Under the pieces are notes generated by a model. That model saw nothing but the letters and a program-made list of their open reading frames with translations. It was not told the DNA's origin and made no database searches. A stretch of 55,195 nucleotides of DNA from Gammaproteobacteria bacterium (lineage in GTDB: Bacteria; Pseudomonadota; Gammaproteobacteria; Pseudomonadales; Oleiphilaceae). Positions 18,830-29,646 of this stretch are shown one piece after another (the first letter of the stretch is position 1; the number at the start of each line of letters is the position of its first letter). Where the stretch lies: NCBI GenBank assembly GCA_030427465.1, contig JAUIAZ010000001.1, positions 1-55,195 on the forward strand, in the 5' to 3' direction. The position numbers and the translations under genes were made by a program.

Positions 18830-19430
18830 GTCTGCCAACAAGTTCTTTAATCGGCTTCGCCGGCACCCCGGCACAAATTGAATAAGGAGCGACATCATTG
18901 ACGACGACAGAACCACTTCCTATTACAGCCCCTCGACCAATGTTCACGCCTTTCAAAACCTTAACTCCCGCCCCTATAAACACATCATCTCCAATAACAA
19001 CATCTTCGCACTCGTAATTACCATTTAACCTATCGACAACTTCGAGGCCGTGAAAGTCCGAATCAGCCACAAAAAAAAGAGGGCCTATCAAGCATCGCTT
19101 ACCTATTTTTATTTGACCTCGATCTGCGATCACAACGCAGCCGTTGTTTATGAATGTGCCGCTCTCAATTACTATCGCTGCGCTTTCAGCGCGGGCTTCA
19201 AAATAGCCAACACTTGAGAAAAAAAAAGGCGAAGGCCAAACTCCGATCTGTGCATCGTTAACACAAACATTACCTCGACCGACAAACTGGCACGCCTGCC
19301 TGATTCTTGCATTAAATAATTTTGGAGTGCATGTAGAAAAGACATAGCGATATAATATTTTTTTTGGTGCTAACATGCATTCAAACAGTGCCAAGACGAT
19401 TAATGCTTTAGCCCTAACTAGCCAGCGCAT
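18822..19430 (-). CDS. Hexapeptide-repeat (LbH) O-acetyltransferase
   Basis: 202 aa. The C-terminal half has hexapeptide repeats ([33 protein letters not shown]) and ends GVPAKPIK. Confidence 0.75.
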   Translation of the reverse strand: MRWLVRAKALIVLALFECMLAPKKILYRYVFSTCTPKLFNARIRQACQFVGRGNVCVNDAQIGVWPSPFFFSSVGYFEARAESAAIVIESGTFINNGCVVIADRGQIKIGKRCLIGPLFFVADSDFHGLEVVDRLNGNYECEDVVIGDDVFIGAGVKVLKGVNIGRGAVIGSGSVVVNDVAPYSICAGVPAKPIKELVGRHD

Positions 19431-19442
19431 TCAATAGCCTCC

Positions 19443-20690
19443 TCATACCAGTTCTGCATATAAAACACACGAAAGTGTGTAAAACAGGTGCAGCACATAA
19501 GTAATAAAATACGCTAGGACAACTCCTTGAAGCTGCATAAAAGTAGTTAACCATATAGAAAGCAATGCAAAACATATCGGAAAAATCACTTCTGAGCCAA
19601 TTACCATCTTTGTCTTAGCTTTTGCAATTAAGATAATGCCCAATAACCAACTCGCAATTTTTATAACATCCCCTAGCAATTGCCAAAAAAACAAACTGTT
19701 AACTTGTCTGAACTCATCGGAAAACAATACCACTACAACAGTATCTCTTAATAAGTAAAGAAAAAAAGAAAGACAACATACAATTGGCAACACAATTTTG
19801 CCCCCCTCAATCAACTCACGCCTTATATCCTTTCTATCGGCTAACGCCGAAATAGTTGGCAAAAAATATATACTCAACACAGTAGTGATAACCAACAGAT
19901 AGATAGAAGATATATACCAAATTGATTGCCAATAACCTGCTGCTTCCCAGCCCAAATTGTCGGCAATATGATTCCGGATAATAAGATGAGATACCGGAAT
20001 AGTAATTGCGCTCGTCAACGCCATAAGCGTAAAACTTCCTAGCTTTTTAAGTTGTTCCGCCGAATAGGAAGTTAAAAACATCTTCAGCCTTATCATTGCA
20101 AAGTGCCGAAGGCGCCAAACCAAAATTAATAAGACTACCGATTGATTTGTAACTAGCGCGATAAAAGCACCGTGCAACCCAAAAAACCAGACCAACAAAC
20201 TCGTTACTACCAAGCCATAAAGACTTTGAATAATATTGTTTGAAATAAAAAGCCCTAACGCTTTGAGGCCATTGAGTATGGATAACAAGAGCTGGTTGAT
20301 TACAAACAATGGAAGTAACACACCGAAAAGAACAAAGATATATTCGTAGTCATTCGATTTTAGAAAGTACTGCGACAAATAAGAGGAAGCGAAAACACAA
20401 AAAGCACCAACAATTAAAGAGCAGACTAAAGCTGTTTTAAATGCCGTGCTAAATAGAGCGCTTAACTTGACCTGATCATCTCTAAACTCCGCAGTGTATT
20501 TTATCACCCCCTGGTTCAGCCCACCCTGCGAAACTGTCATCGCAATCTGTGAAAAGTTCTGAAACTGACCAATTAAAGCAACGCCAGAAGGGCCGATAGT
20601 AACCGCGACTACCTTATTTATAACAAGAAGAGATAACATCTTGACCGAGGTTGCAATGAAACTTAATAACGAGGTTTTGACAAGACTCAT
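19443..20690 (-). CDS. wzx: O-unit flippase (Wzx/WzxE-like polysaccharide translocase)
   Basis: 415 aa, about 12 TM segments. The N-terminus [29 protein letters not shown] is typical of WzxE-like translocases. It follows the Fdt-like genes, as in many O-antigen loci. Confidence 0.75.
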   Translation of the reverse strand: MSLVKTSLLSFIATSVKMLSLLVINKVVAVTIGPSGVALIGQFQNFSQIAMTVSQGGLNQGVIKYTAEFRDDQVKLSALFSTAFKTALVCSLIVGAFCVFASSYLSQYFLKSNDYEYIFVLFGVLLPLFVINQLLLSILNGLKALGLFISNNIIQSLYGLVVTSLLVWFFGLHGAFIALVTNQSVVLLILVWRLRHFAMIRLKMFLTSYSAEQLKKLGSFTLMALTSAITIPVSHLIIRNHIADNLGWEAAGYWQSIWYISSIYLLVITTVLSIYFLPTISALADRKDIRRELIEGGKIVLPIVCCLSFFLYLLRDTVVVVLFSDEFRQVNSLFFWQLLGDVIKIASWLLGIILIAKAKTKMVIGSEVIFPICFALLSIWLTTFMQLQGVVLAYFITYVLHLFYTLSCVLYAELV

Positions 20691-21802
20691 CTAAATGCGT
20701 TCACAGCTTCAACTACTTTTGCCACATCTTCGTGTTCCATCACAGGACTAATCGGCAGGCTCAAAACACTTTGATGTATATGCTCCGTGACAGGAACCGA
20801 ACGTTGATTCCATTCTTTAAACGCCATTTGTTTGTGCGGTGGAATAGGATAATGAATAAGGGTTTGGACACCACTCTCTTGCAGATGAGCCTGGAACCTA
20901 TCCCGATCACTACATAGAACTGGAAATAAGTGAAAAGCGTGATGTTTTAAATCGGAGCCCATCTCTTCTGCTAAAAAAGGTAGCAAAACATGCGGGTTCT
21001 TAATCTCTTGAAAGTAGCGCCTTGCAACCTCCCGACGTCTTTGAGTATCCGCATCTAGGTGCGGTAACTTTACGCTTAGGCATGCTGCCTGAATTTCATC
21101 AAGACGGCTGTTTACACCTTGATATTCATTGATATATTTTTGGCTACTACCGTAATTACCAAGACATAGTATTACGTTCGCAAGCTCAGGATCATTGGTT
21201 GTAACCGCACCCGCATCACCCAGCGCGCCCAAGTTTTTACCCGGATAAAAACTGAACCCGGCCGCATCGCCCCAAGAACCAACTTTCGCACCTTCTATGA
21301 TGGCACCATGCGCTTGCGCGGCATCTTCAAGAATCTTTAATCCGAACTCTTCCGCCAAACCGACGAAAGCTGGCATATCAGCGGCTCGACCATACAAATG
21401 CACCGGTAAGATAACCTTGGTTTTATCAGTAATAGCTGCCCGAGTATTAACGGGGCATAAATTGAGTGTATTCGGATCAGGCTCTACAAGCACAGGGGTT
21501 AAGCTGTTTTCAGTTATCGCCAAAATAGATGCAATATAAGTATTCGCAGGAACGATCACCTCATCCCCCTCAGCTAAAACCCCTAACTCTTTCCATGCTC
21601 GCAATGTAAGCGTCAAGGCATCCAATCCGTTTGCAACGCCAATACAATGCCCTACACCGCAATACTCAGCAAATTCGTTCTCGAACTTTTGAACCGCGCC
21701 TCCTCGAATGTACCACCCACTGTTAACCACGTCCAAAACAGCGGTCGTTAGCTCAGTCGCATACGCCTCGTTAATTTTCTTCAAATCCAAAAAACTAATC
21801 AT
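20687..21802 (-). CDS. dTDP-3-keto-6-deoxyhexose 3-aminotransferase (FdtB/QdtB-like, DegT family)
   Basis: 371 aa with DegT-family motifs ([22 protein letters not shown]). It lies in an rmlB-rmlA-isomerase-acetyltransferase-aminotransferase arrangement. Confidence 0.85.
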   Translation of the reverse strand: MISFLDLKKINEAYATELTTAVLDVVNSGWYIRGGAVQKFENEFAEYCGVGHCIGVANGLDALTLTLRAWKELGVLAEGDEVIVPANTYIASILAITENSLTPVLVEPDPNTLNLCPVNTRAAITDKTKVILPVHLYGRAADMPAFVGLAEEFGLKILEDAAQAHGAIIEGAKVGSWGDAAGFSFYPGKNLGALGDAGAVTTNDPELANVILCLGNYGSSQKYINEYQGVNSRLDEIQAACLSVKLPHLDADTQRRREVARRYFQEIKNPHVLLPFLAEEMGSDLKHHAFHLFPVLCSDRDRFQAHLQESGVQTLIHYPIPPHKQMAFKEWNQRSVPVTEHIHQSVLSLPISPVMEHEDVAKVVEAVNAFR

Positions 21803-22262
21803 TTTTTTGATCCAGGTAACGTACTAACCTCGCTGGATTTCCAACAACGACAGCGTAGTCTGGAACATCCTTAGTAACGACCGAGCCGGCTCCCACCATC
21901 GATTTCTTACCAATTTTCAAGCCTGGCAAAATGGTTGCATTAGCACCAATAGAGGCCCCATCAAACACCTCTATCCCGCTAAATTCTTCTGGGTACTGCT
22001 TTGATCGAGGAAAGGCATCATTGGTAAACGTAACATTTGGCCCCAAAAAGACATCATTGCCTATCCTACAACCATCCCATATAAACACACCGCATTTCAC
22101 CGTTACCCGGTCACCAATGACAACGTCGTTTTCTATAAGAGTGTGAGAACAAATGTTACAGTCTTTTCCTATCTTTGCGTTTGGCAGAACGACGACATAC
22201 TGCCAAATTTTGGTTCCGGCACCGATATTAGAAGTTTGAACGTCACTACTTTTGTGTATCAT
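21795..22262 (-). CDS. dTDP-3-amino-3,6-dideoxyhexose N-acetyltransferase (FdtC/QdtC-like LbH protein)
   Basis: 155 aa, hexapeptide repeats throughout. It overlaps both neighbouring genes. Confidence 0.8.
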   Translation of the reverse strand: MIHKSSDVQTSNIGAGTKIWQYVVVLPNAKIGKDCNICSHTLIENDVVIGDRVTVKCGVFIWDGCRIGNDVFLGPNVTFTNDAFPRSKQYPEEFSGIEVFDGASIGANATILPGLKIGKKSMVGAGSVVTKDVPDYAVVVGNPARLVRYLDQKND

Positions 22263-22675
22263 TTTTTCTTAACCAGCTTAGAAAATTTGTCATAGTTTCG
22301 AATATAATCAGATTCTTCATATCCGTCGCTTGCCAGTACGAGCAGAATACAATCTTCAGAAAAATTCGACATTTCGTGCCATTGCATTGGCTCTATCATC
22401 AACCCAACGCTAGGTGACGACAAACAAATCACCTCTTTATTAACGCCATCGTCCATCAGAATATCGACACTACCAGAAAGACACACAGCAAACTGCCGTA
22501 ACGCTCTATGTGCATGGAAACCTCTTGGTGAATTTTTGGATAGACCATATAGGTAGTAAACACGCGCAATTTCGAAGGGTATATCTTTGCTCTGTTCGAT
22601 CACACATAATGAGCCTCGAGCATCAGAAACATCCTTCAACTGGATCAATTCAAAAGTGTTCGTTGAAGACTTCAA
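22259..22675 (-). CDS. dTDP-4-keto-6-deoxyglucose 3,4-ketoisomerase (FdtA/QdtA, WxcM-like cupin)
   Basis: 138 aa. Motifs DARGSL and RGFHAHR are typical of the FdtA/QdtA cupin. The TTG start overlaps the rmlA stop (TTGA). Confidence 0.8.
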   Translation of the reverse strand: MKSSTNTFELIQLKDVSDARGSLCVIEQSKDIPFEIARVYYLYGLSKNSPRGFHAHRALRQFAVCLSGSVDILMDDGVNKEVICLSSPSVGLMIEPMQWHEMSNFSEDCILLVLASDGYEESDYIRNYDKFSKLVKKK

Positions 22676-23553
22676 AAACTCTCCCCCACTAGATCAAACA
22701 AATATCTACCATAAGATGTCTTCTCTAGGCTTCTGGCTTGAGCGACCAATTGCTCTTCATCTAGCCACCCATTTGAAAACGAAATCTCCTCCAGACAACC
22801 AAGCTTGTAACCCTGACGACGTTCGATTGTTTCTACAAACTGCGATGCCTCAAGCATGCTTTCGTGAGTGCCTGTATCCAGCCAGGCAAAGCCACGCCCC
22901 AAGGTTTCAACGAAGAGGTTATTTTTTTCGAGATAGGCATTATTGACGCAGGTAATTTCCAGCTCACCACGTGCGCTTGGTTGTACGGATTTTGCGATGT
23001 CGACCACACGATTGTCGTAAAAATACAATCCCGTCACGGCATGTTTTGATTTTGGCTGCGCAGGCTTCTCTTCAATAGAGATCGCCTGCTTGTTTTGATC
23101 AAACTCCACAACACCGAAACGCTCTGGGTCTTTCACCTGATAACCAAACACGGTTGCGGTTTGTTCTTGCTCGGCTTTACGCTTTGCCTCTAATAGCTTT
23201 GGTGTAAAGCCCTGACCGTAAAACACGTTGTCGCCGAGCACTAAACACACGGCATCATTGCCAATGAATTTTTCGCCAATAATAAAGGCTTGCGCTAAGC
23301 CTTCTGGCCGCTCTTGCACTGCGTATTCAAGCTGAATACCGAATTGCGAACCGTCACCCAAAAGCCGTTTGTATTGTGGTAAATCCTCTGGGGTTGAGAT
23401 GATTAAAATCTCGCGAATCTTGGAAAGCATCAATACCGACAATGGGTAGTAGATCATTGGTTTGTCGTAGATGGGGAGCAACTGCTTTGATACACCCAGC
23501 GTGATCGGATGTAAACGCGTACCCGAGCCACCGGCCAATACGATGCCTTTCAT
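22672..23553 (-). CDS. rmlA: Glucose-1-phosphate thymidylyltransferase
   Basis: Start trimmed to [18 protein letters not shown]. It forms an ATGA overlap with the rmlB stop at 23550-23553. Length (293 aa) and motifs are typical of RmlA. Confidence 0.92.
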   Translation of the reverse strand: MKGIVLAGGSGTRLHPITLGVSKQLLPIYDKPMIYYPLSVLMLSKIREILIISTPEDLPQYKRLLGDGSQFGIQLEYAVQERPEGLAQAFIIGEKFIGNDAVCLVLGDNVFYGQGFTPKLLEAKRKAEQEQTATVFGYQVKDPERFGVVEFDQNKQAISIEEKPAQPKSKHAVTGLYFYDNRVVDIAKSVQPSARGELEITCVNNAYLEKNNLFVETLGRGFAWLDTGTHESMLEASQFVETIERRQGYKLGCLEEISFSNGWLDEEQLVAQARSLEKTSYGRYLFDLVGESF

Positions 23554-24641
23554 AGACCAACCTTTTCTTCCGTCGGCGCTGCTGCTCCAAGACGTTCGCG
23601 CTGATTGCTGCCATCTTGCACGTGCTTTACCCATTCCGGGTTTGAAAGATACCACTCGACGGTTTTTCTTAGACCTGTTTCGAAAGTTTCTTGTGGCGTC
23701 CAGCCCAGTTCGTTTTGAATTTTGCTGGCATCAATGGCGTAGCGCATGTCGTGGCCAGGGCGGTCGGTAACGTGGGTGATGAGGGATTTGTAGCTTGCAG
23801 TTTTGGAGGGCACTAATTCTTCCACGATATCGCAGATCGTATGCACCACATCGATATTTTGCTTCTCGTTATGACCACCGATGTTATAAGTTTCACCGAC
23901 AAGGCCTTTACGCACTACTTCCACCAGCGCACGAACATGGTCATCTACATATAGCCAGTCACGGATTTGTTTCCCTTCGCCATACACAGGCAACGGTTTA
24001 CCTTCTAGCGCATTTAGCAGCACTAGTGGAATCAGCTTTTCAGGGAACTGATAAGGGCCGTAGTTGTTGGAACAATTGGTGAGCACGACTGGCAAACCAT
24101 AGGTGCGGTGCCAGGCACGAACCAGGTGATCAGACCCAGCTTTACTTGCAGAATACGGCGAGCTTGGCGCGTAAGATGTGGTTTCGGTGAACAAGTCATC
24201 AGTGCCGTGTAAATCTCCATAAACTTCGTCTGTCGAGATATGGTGAAAACGGAACTGACCTTTGTTTTCGTTATCAACCGTATTCCAGTAAGCGCGAACG
24301 GCCTCTAGCAGCGTAAACGTACCGACCACATTGGTTTGGATAAACTCCGCGGCCCCGTCAATGGAGCGATCGACATGGCTTTCTGCCGCCAAATGCATAA
24401 TGGCGGTTGGTTTAAAATCATTGATCGCCTTCTGCATTGCAGCTACATCGCAGATATCGGCCTGCAAGAAGCGGTAGTTAGGCTTTGACTCGACATTTTT
24501 TAACGACTCAAGGTTGCCCGCATAGGTCAGCTTATCAACATTAAGCACTTCAGCATTTAGATCGTTAACCAAATAACGTACGAGTGCGGAACCAATGAAG
24601 CCTGCACCACCAGTGACAAGAACCCTGGTTAACGTACTCAT
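23550..24641 (-). CDS. rmlB: dTDP-glucose 4,6-dehydratase
   Basis: 363 aa. Motifs [22 protein letters not shown] (YxxxK) and HISTDEVYG. Confidence 0.92.
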   Translation of the reverse strand: MSTLTRVLVTGGAGFIGSALVRYLVNDLNAEVLNVDKLTYAGNLESLKNVESKPNYRFLQADICDVAAMQKAINDFKPTAIMHLAAESHVDRSIDGAAEFIQTNVVGTFTLLEAVRAYWNTVDNENKGQFRFHHISTDEVYGDLHGTDDLFTETTSYAPSSPYSASKAGSDHLVRAWHRTYGLPVVLTNCSNNYGPYQFPEKLIPLVLLNALEGKPLPVYGEGKQIRDWLYVDDHVRALVEVVRKGLVGETYNIGGHNEKQNIDVVHTICDIVEELVPSKTASYKSLITHVTDRPGHDMRYAIDASKIQNELGWTPQETFETGLRKTVEWYLSNPEWVKHVQDGSNQRERLGAAAPTEEKVGL

Positions 24642-25663
24642 GCCTGAGAGGTCCCTGATTCTTTATCACCGTTCTTTACGCCGCCACCTTTTAGCCCCTC
24701 ACCTTTTAAACCTCGCACCAAGGCAATAATGCAACCTAGCAAGCCACCGAGCATGGCGCCGAAGATGCAGATGAGTGCGCGTTTTGGTTTTGACTTTTCT
24801 TCCGGCACGCGCGATTCGCTAACCGTTTTAAACACGTACTCGGTGGAGCCTTTAGCGAGCATAAGGGTTTTGGTTTGCTCTTCGATGAGATCGTAAAAAA
24901 CGCTTTGCATACTGGCGAGTGGCGTTTCTTCAATTTGCTGTTTTAAGAAGCTGACGTTTTTTTGTGAATCTTCGGCATCCCGAGCTTTGAGTTTGGAATT
25001 GATTTTATTGAGTAGTGCATCCACCCAAACTTTAGCTACCTCAGGTGAGAAGTATTCAATACTAAGACTGGTAAAACCGCTCACTTTGTCTTCACCTACG
25101 GACAGGTACTCTCTGAACCGCCCATACAACTCCCAGGAGCTTGGCTCGGCTTGTTTGCCCTTGGGTAGCTCAAGCGTCCAGGCTTGATTATTTGGATTAT
25201 AGATTTCGGTGTTGTAGATCAGCTCATTGGTTTCAGCGTTCCAGCCTTTAACCGCAAATACTTGTGGTGCGATGTTTTGTTCTTGAATGAATTCTTCGAT
25301 GAAGGCCCAGCTTTGGAGGATTTCTAGGGCTTCTGCTGTTTTGATGGAACCGCCACCGCCTATATCGATGCCTGCTAGTGATGCTAAGCCACCAAATTGG
25401 CCAGCGAGACTCCCTAGGCCGCCGCCAGACGATTGTGCTGGAGCCAGCACTGCCGTGCTTTTGTACATATTAGGGAGTGATAAAGCATAGAACACTGACG
25501 CGACTGAGAACACCAGCGTGAAAGACAGAACAATCCACTTACCCCTCCACAGGGCCCGCCAGAGCTCCAGAAGATCAATCTCATCATCATAAGCTTGCGG
25601 TTGAACAGTTGGTGTTGACGACACAGGCGAGTTTAATCCGGAAGGCTCTTCAACCTTGCTCAT
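24638..25663 (-). CDS. wzz: Chain-length determinant protein (Wzz, PCP-1 type; no kinase domain)
   Basis: 341 aa. N-terminal [19 protein letters not shown] plus TM1, a periplasmic coiled region, and a C-terminal TM ([21 protein letters not shown]). No Walker A motif and no Tyr-rich tail. Confidence 0.8.
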   Translation of the reverse strand: MSKVEEPSGLNSPVSSTPTVQPQAYDDEIDLLELWRALWRGKWIVLSFTLVFSVASVFYALSLPNMYKSTAVLAPAQSSGGGLGSLAGQFGGLASLAGIDIGGGGSIKTAEALEILQSWAFIEEFIQEQNIAPQVFAVKGWNAETNELIYNTEIYNPNNQAWTLELPKGKQAEPSSWELYGRFREYLSVGEDKVSGFTSLSIEYFSPEVAKVWVDALLNKINSKLKARDAEDSQKNVSFLKQQIEETPLASMQSVFYDLIEEQTKTLMLAKGSTEYVFKTVSESRVPEEKSKPKRALICIFGAMLGGLLGCIIALVRGLKGEGLKGGGVKNGDKESGTSQA

Positions 25664-25666
25664 ACC

Positions 25667-28342
25667 TTACAAACTCCCCACGGCCGCCGCACCCAGCGCA
25701 ATCTGATAGAAAATCTGGCTAACGCTAGTAAACAGCTCCAACTTATCCAGTCGATCAATATCCAGCGGTACGACAACCGTATCACCCGGCGCAATCTGTT
25801 CACGGCTCGTGGCAAACCAGGCATTATCCTCGGGCACCCAGACCGAACCATCCGCCCGCACCACATAGACGCGTTCGTCATCCGCTTGCTGGTTGGCCCC
25901 GCCACTGAGCTGCAGGTAGTCCTGTACATCCAGACCGTCCTGAAACAAGTGACTGGAAGGGAATTGCACTTCACCAATCACCGAGACAGCCTGATTGAAC
26001 TGCGGGATGGCCAGGCTATCACCATCCTGAAGCACTACATCCTGAGCACTGTCTCCTGCCAACAATGCCGGCAAATTAATCACCAGCCGACCCAGCGGCT
26101 TGGCATCACGGACTTCTTCCAGGACTGTTTCCAACTGTCGAACATCTTCTTGCCGGGCAGCAGCCGCCTGTGAAGAAGTCTCGGTCACCCTCAGAGCTGC
26201 CAGCTCCCGGTTCAGACGTACTTCAGCATCCTGCAAACGTTCGCGCTCAATCTCGGCCAACTTTTGGCGCCGGAACACCGCCCCCTCAGGAAAGGCTGCT
26301 GCAGTCAGCCCACCGGCCCGCTGAATAAGCTGCGACAGGCTTTCGCCCCTCGCCAGGGTATATTCCCCCGGAAACAGCACTTCACCCTCGATCTTGACTA
26401 CCATTCGGAGTGCGTAATCCGGAATAGGCTTGATAAACAGGTGATCGCGGCCGCGAAAGCGGAAACTGATCGCCTCAGAGGACTCGACCTGTAGCGGCAG
26501 ATCAAAAATGCGGGTTTCTACCTGACCGCCCTCACCAGGCAAGACACGGGATACCTCCGCATTCAGCGTATAGGCACTGTCCATCAAGCCACCTGCCGCC
26601 GCCAGGATATTCTCCAGTCCTTGGTTCAGCGGCAGAGGATACTCCCCTGGGAAGCGTACCTGACCTGCCACTTCGATTACCTGCTGCGGCTCTCCAGGCC
26701 TTGCTTGCTGGCGCAGTTGCTCGATGACTGAAGCAAGCAATTCATACCGGGTCAGAAGGCGGCTTTCTTCCTTCTCATAACCTTCGTGGGACATCCCGGT
26801 ATTTACCTGCCGACTTTTGTTTCCCAGTGCGGTATCAGCTTGGTTGAACAGTTCAGCCTGTTCACCGATCACACCGCTAACATGCGCTTCCGATTGATTG
26901 CGGCTACGCGAAAACACCAGTAAACGGTCGAGCTCTTCCAGATTGAGATCTGCCGTGGAACCCGGCTGGCTCACCGCTTCGGCCAGATTCACCGCCAATG
27001 TAGCGATATCACGCTTCTTATTAATTTCGCGAACGATCAGGGCATAGTTCAAATCGGCCTCGGGCATCAGATCACGACGCAGCGAGCGAACCACATCGCT
27101 GATGCGCAGTCCCGGGCGCCAGGCATAATCACCGGGCTTGGCCAGCGCGCCTTCCAGACGCACAAAACCCTCCGACAGATCATTGACCGAAGCCACTTTG
27201 ATGCGGTCGCCGGCCAGTACCCCAAAGTTGGTCTGACCGGGCTGCCCCAGATCCAGATCAATGATCTGGCGCTGGATACCCGGCTTCACCCGGGTCACCT
27301 GCACCGCCGACAACTTGGCCGTGGGTGCCAGCCCACCCGCCAGATTGAGTACCTGAGCCAGACTCTTCTCTTGTTTCAATTCGTAGATCGCTGGTCGCAG
27401 CACCTCTCCGTCAACGCCCACCGTGGCACCCAATGGCGGGATGAACACAGCATCCCCCGGCTGCAGAGCCTGGTCGTTGCTGGTATCTCCTTGTAGCAGC
27501 AGGTCATACAGATCCAGCCGCGCCACCGTCTTGCCATTGCGCTTGAGCTGAATATTCCTTAGCGAGCCACTCTCGAGCACACCGCCACTGACGTACAGCG
27601 CATGGGATATTGTTGCCAGCGAACTGACCGTGTAGGAACCGGGCGTACGCGCCTCACCCAGCACAAAAACCTGCATACTGCGCAGTTCTCCCAAGGTGAC
27701 TGCACTTTCCACTCCAATATATCGCTCCCGCACCGTGCGCTGGATCTGCTCACGTAGCTCATTAAAGGTCAGCCCCGCCACCGACATCGGTCCCAGTTCC
27801 GGCAACTGCAAGTGGCCACTGCGATCTACCTGCAGCTCATAATCTCTATTTTCCTTGCCGAATAGCTGAATGCGCACCGAGTCCCCCGGGCCTACCCGAT
27901 AATCACCGGGTATGGGGATTCCCATCACCGGGGTAAAGGTACTTGGTTTGCCAGCAAAGAGGTCATAGCCAAATGGCTTAAGCCCTTCTTCCTCATCCTG
28001 CTCGCTGTTCATGGCTTGCAGGGCCTCGATTTCCGCCCACAATTCTTCCAGTCGCTCCTGACTGCGATCACGATCAGACTGGCGATCCAGTGGCGTGACA
28101 ATTTCGCTGGACTGAGTCGAAGTCTGTTGAGTGCTGGAAGCACTCGATCCACCCAGCGAATCGACATTGATGCCAAACTGCGCCGCCAACGCCTTTTTCT
28201 GGGAATCCGACATGGCATTGAACTGCTGGATCTGGGCTGCTGTAGGCTGCACCGCCGAGACCAGAGTTGCGCTCAGCAGGATCAGTAAAGTGGCGAGCGC
28301 CTGCAGAGCAAACCCGGCAACACCTCGTTTACAAGCGTCCAT
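25667..28342 (-). CDS. Large outer-membrane polysaccharide export protein (OPX/Wza family with multiple SLBB-type repeats)
   Basis: About 891 aa after trimming to MDACKRG. GAGG lies 6 nt upstream of that start, and a signal-like [19 protein letters not shown] follows. Poly_export-like [18 protein letters not shown], with repeated GDxVxVP soluble-ligand-binding-type segments. Confidence 0.8.
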   Translation of the reverse strand: MDACKRGVAGFALQALATLLILLSATLVSAVQPTAAQIQQFNAMSDSQKKALAAQFGINVDSLGGSSASSTQQTSTQSSEIVTPLDRQSDRDRSQERLEELWAEIEALQAMNSEQDEEEGLKPFGYDLFAGKPSTFTPVMGIPIPGDYRVGPGDSVRIQLFGKENRDYELQVDRSGHLQLPELGPMSVAGLTFNELREQIQRTVRERYIGVESAVTLGELRSMQVFVLGEARTPGSYTVSSLATISHALYVSGGVLESGSLRNIQLKRNGKTVARLDLYDLLLQGDTSNDQALQPGDAVFIPPLGATVGVDGEVLRPAIYELKQEKSLAQVLNLAGGLAPTAKLSAVQVTRVKPGIQRQIIDLDLGQPGQTNFGVLAGDRIKVASVNDLSEGFVRLEGALAKPGDYAWRPGLRISDVVRSLRRDLMPEADLNYALIVREINKKRDIATLAVNLAEAVSQPGSTADLNLEELDRLLVFSRSRNQSEAHVSGVIGEQAELFNQADTALGNKSRQVNTGMSHEGYEKEESRLLTRYELLASVIEQLRQQARPGEPQQVIEVAGQVRFPGEYPLPLNQGLENILAAAGGLMDSAYTLNAEVSRVLPGEGGQVETRIFDLPLQVESSEAISFRFRGRDHLFIKPIPDYALRMVVKIEGEVLFPGEYTLARGESLSQLIQRAGGLTAAAFPEGAVFRRQKLAEIERERLQDAEVRLNRELAALRVTETSSQAAAARQEDVRQLETVLEEVRDAKPLGRLVINLPALLAGDSAQDVVLQDGDSLAIPQFNQAVSVIGEVQFPSSHLFQDGLDVQDYLQLSGGANQQADDERVYVVRADGSVWVPEDNAWFATSREQIAPGDTVVVPLDIDRLDKLELFTSVSQIFYQIALGAAAVGSL

Positions 28343-29606
28343 CAACCGCCTCTTTTGGAAGTACATACTTAACATCAAACAGGACATGGTTCGGTTTTCC
28401 AAAGGCTTTAATCGCCTCAGCTCCCAGTTCACGGAACTCCTGATGACCCACTGCCAATACAATAGCGTCATAGGCACCGGCTTCAGGCTGCTGCAACAGA
28501 CGGATCCCAAGCTCCTGTTCCGCCTCTTCAGAATCCGCCCAGGGGTCATGGATTTCAACGTGGGCACCGTAGGTTTCAAATGTCTGAACCAGATCAACCA
28601 CCCGGGTATTACGGATATCCGGACAGTTTTCTTTAAAGGTGCAGCCCAGTATTAATACCCGGGCATCGACCACATGTATCCGTCTTCGTGTCATGAGTCT
28701 GACAACACTCTCCGCAACATGTTCACCCATCCCGTCATTAATGCGCCGGCCGGACAGAATCATTTCCGGGTTATGTCCCAAAGACTGCGCTTTATAAGTC
28801 AGGTAATAGGGATCAACACCAATACAATGTCCACCGACCAGACCTGGTCTGAAAGGCAGAAAATTCCACTTGGTACCCGCCGCTTCCAGAACATCCAAAG
28901 TATCTATATCCAGTTTTTTGAATATCAGAGATAGCTCGTTGATCAGAGCAATATTCACATCCCGTTGCGTGTTTTCAATAACTTTTGCCGCTTCAGCCAC
29001 CTTGATACTGCTGGCCAGATGAGTACCCGCCGTTATAATACTGGAATAAAGCCGATCTATAAAAGCAGCCGATTCCGGAGTCGATCCTGAGGTCACTTTC
29101 ATAATATTGGTCACCCGATGTTCTTTATCACCAGGGTTAATCCTTTCCGGGCTGTAACCCGCAAAAAAATCCTGATTGAATTTAAGGCCGGATACCTTTT
29201 CGACCACAGGCAGACAGACTTCCTCTGTGGCACCGGGATAGACAGTCGACTCATAGATTACGATATCCCCCTTTGCGATAACCAAGCCAACTGTACCACT
29301 GGCAGATATCAGTGGGTTCAGGTCAGGCGTTTTGAAATTATCGATCGGCGTCGGCACGGTGACGATAAAAACATTGCAGTCTCTGGCTTCTTCTATCTGC
29401 GTGGTAAAACTCAGGTGTTCCGCCTGTTTAAGCAGTTCAGGTTCTACCTCACGGGTAAGATCCTGCCCCTTTTCGAGTTCGGCGATTCGTTTCTGGTTGA
29501 TATCAAAGCCAACCGTTGGATACCGTTTGCCGAACTCCACGGCAAGGGGTAAACCGACATAGCCCAGACCAATCACACAAACACGAGCGTTTTCCAGTGA
29601 AAGCAT
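28329..29606 (-). CDS. UDP-N-acetyl-hexosamine 6-dehydrogenase (WbpO/TviB/Cap5O-like nucleotide-sugar dehydrogenase)
   Basis: 425 aa. Motifs [17 protein letters not shown] and [12 protein letters not shown] (catalytic Cys). Confidence 0.88.
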   Translation of the reverse strand: MLSLENARVCVIGLGYVGLPLAVEFGKRYPTVGFDINQKRIAELEKGQDLTREVEPELLKQAEHLSFTTQIEEARDCNVFIVTVPTPIDNFKTPDLNPLISASGTVGLVIAKGDIVIYESTVYPGATEEVCLPVVEKVSGLKFNQDFFAGYSPERINPGDKEHRVTNIMKVTSGSTPESAAFIDRLYSSIITAGTHLASSIKVAEAAKVIENTQRDVNIALINELSLIFKKLDIDTLDVLEAAGTKWNFLPFRPGLVGGHCIGVDPYYLTYKAQSLGHNPEMILSGRRINDGMGEHVAESVVRLMTRRRIHVVDARVLILGCTFKENCPDIRNTRVVDLVQTFETYGAHVEIHDPWADSEEAEQELGIRLLQQPEAGAYDAIVLAVGHQEFRELGAEAIKAFGKPNHVLFDVKYVLPKEAVDGRL

Positions 29607-29646
29607 TGACTCTTACAACTCCCAGGTTTTTATTTTGTACAAACAG

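Noticed and set aside
23554-23655. N-terminal extension of the rmlA ORF
   Set aside because: It overlaps rmlB. The canonical RmlA N-terminus [14 protein letters not shown] starts at 23553 in an ATGA stop/start overlap.
28343-28597. N-terminal 85-codon extension of the OPX ORF (listed as 25667..28597)
   Set aside because: The extension overlaps the 3' end of the dehydrogenase gene by 269 nt. The ATG at 28342 has GAGG 6 nt upstream and is followed by a signal-like hydrophobic segment.
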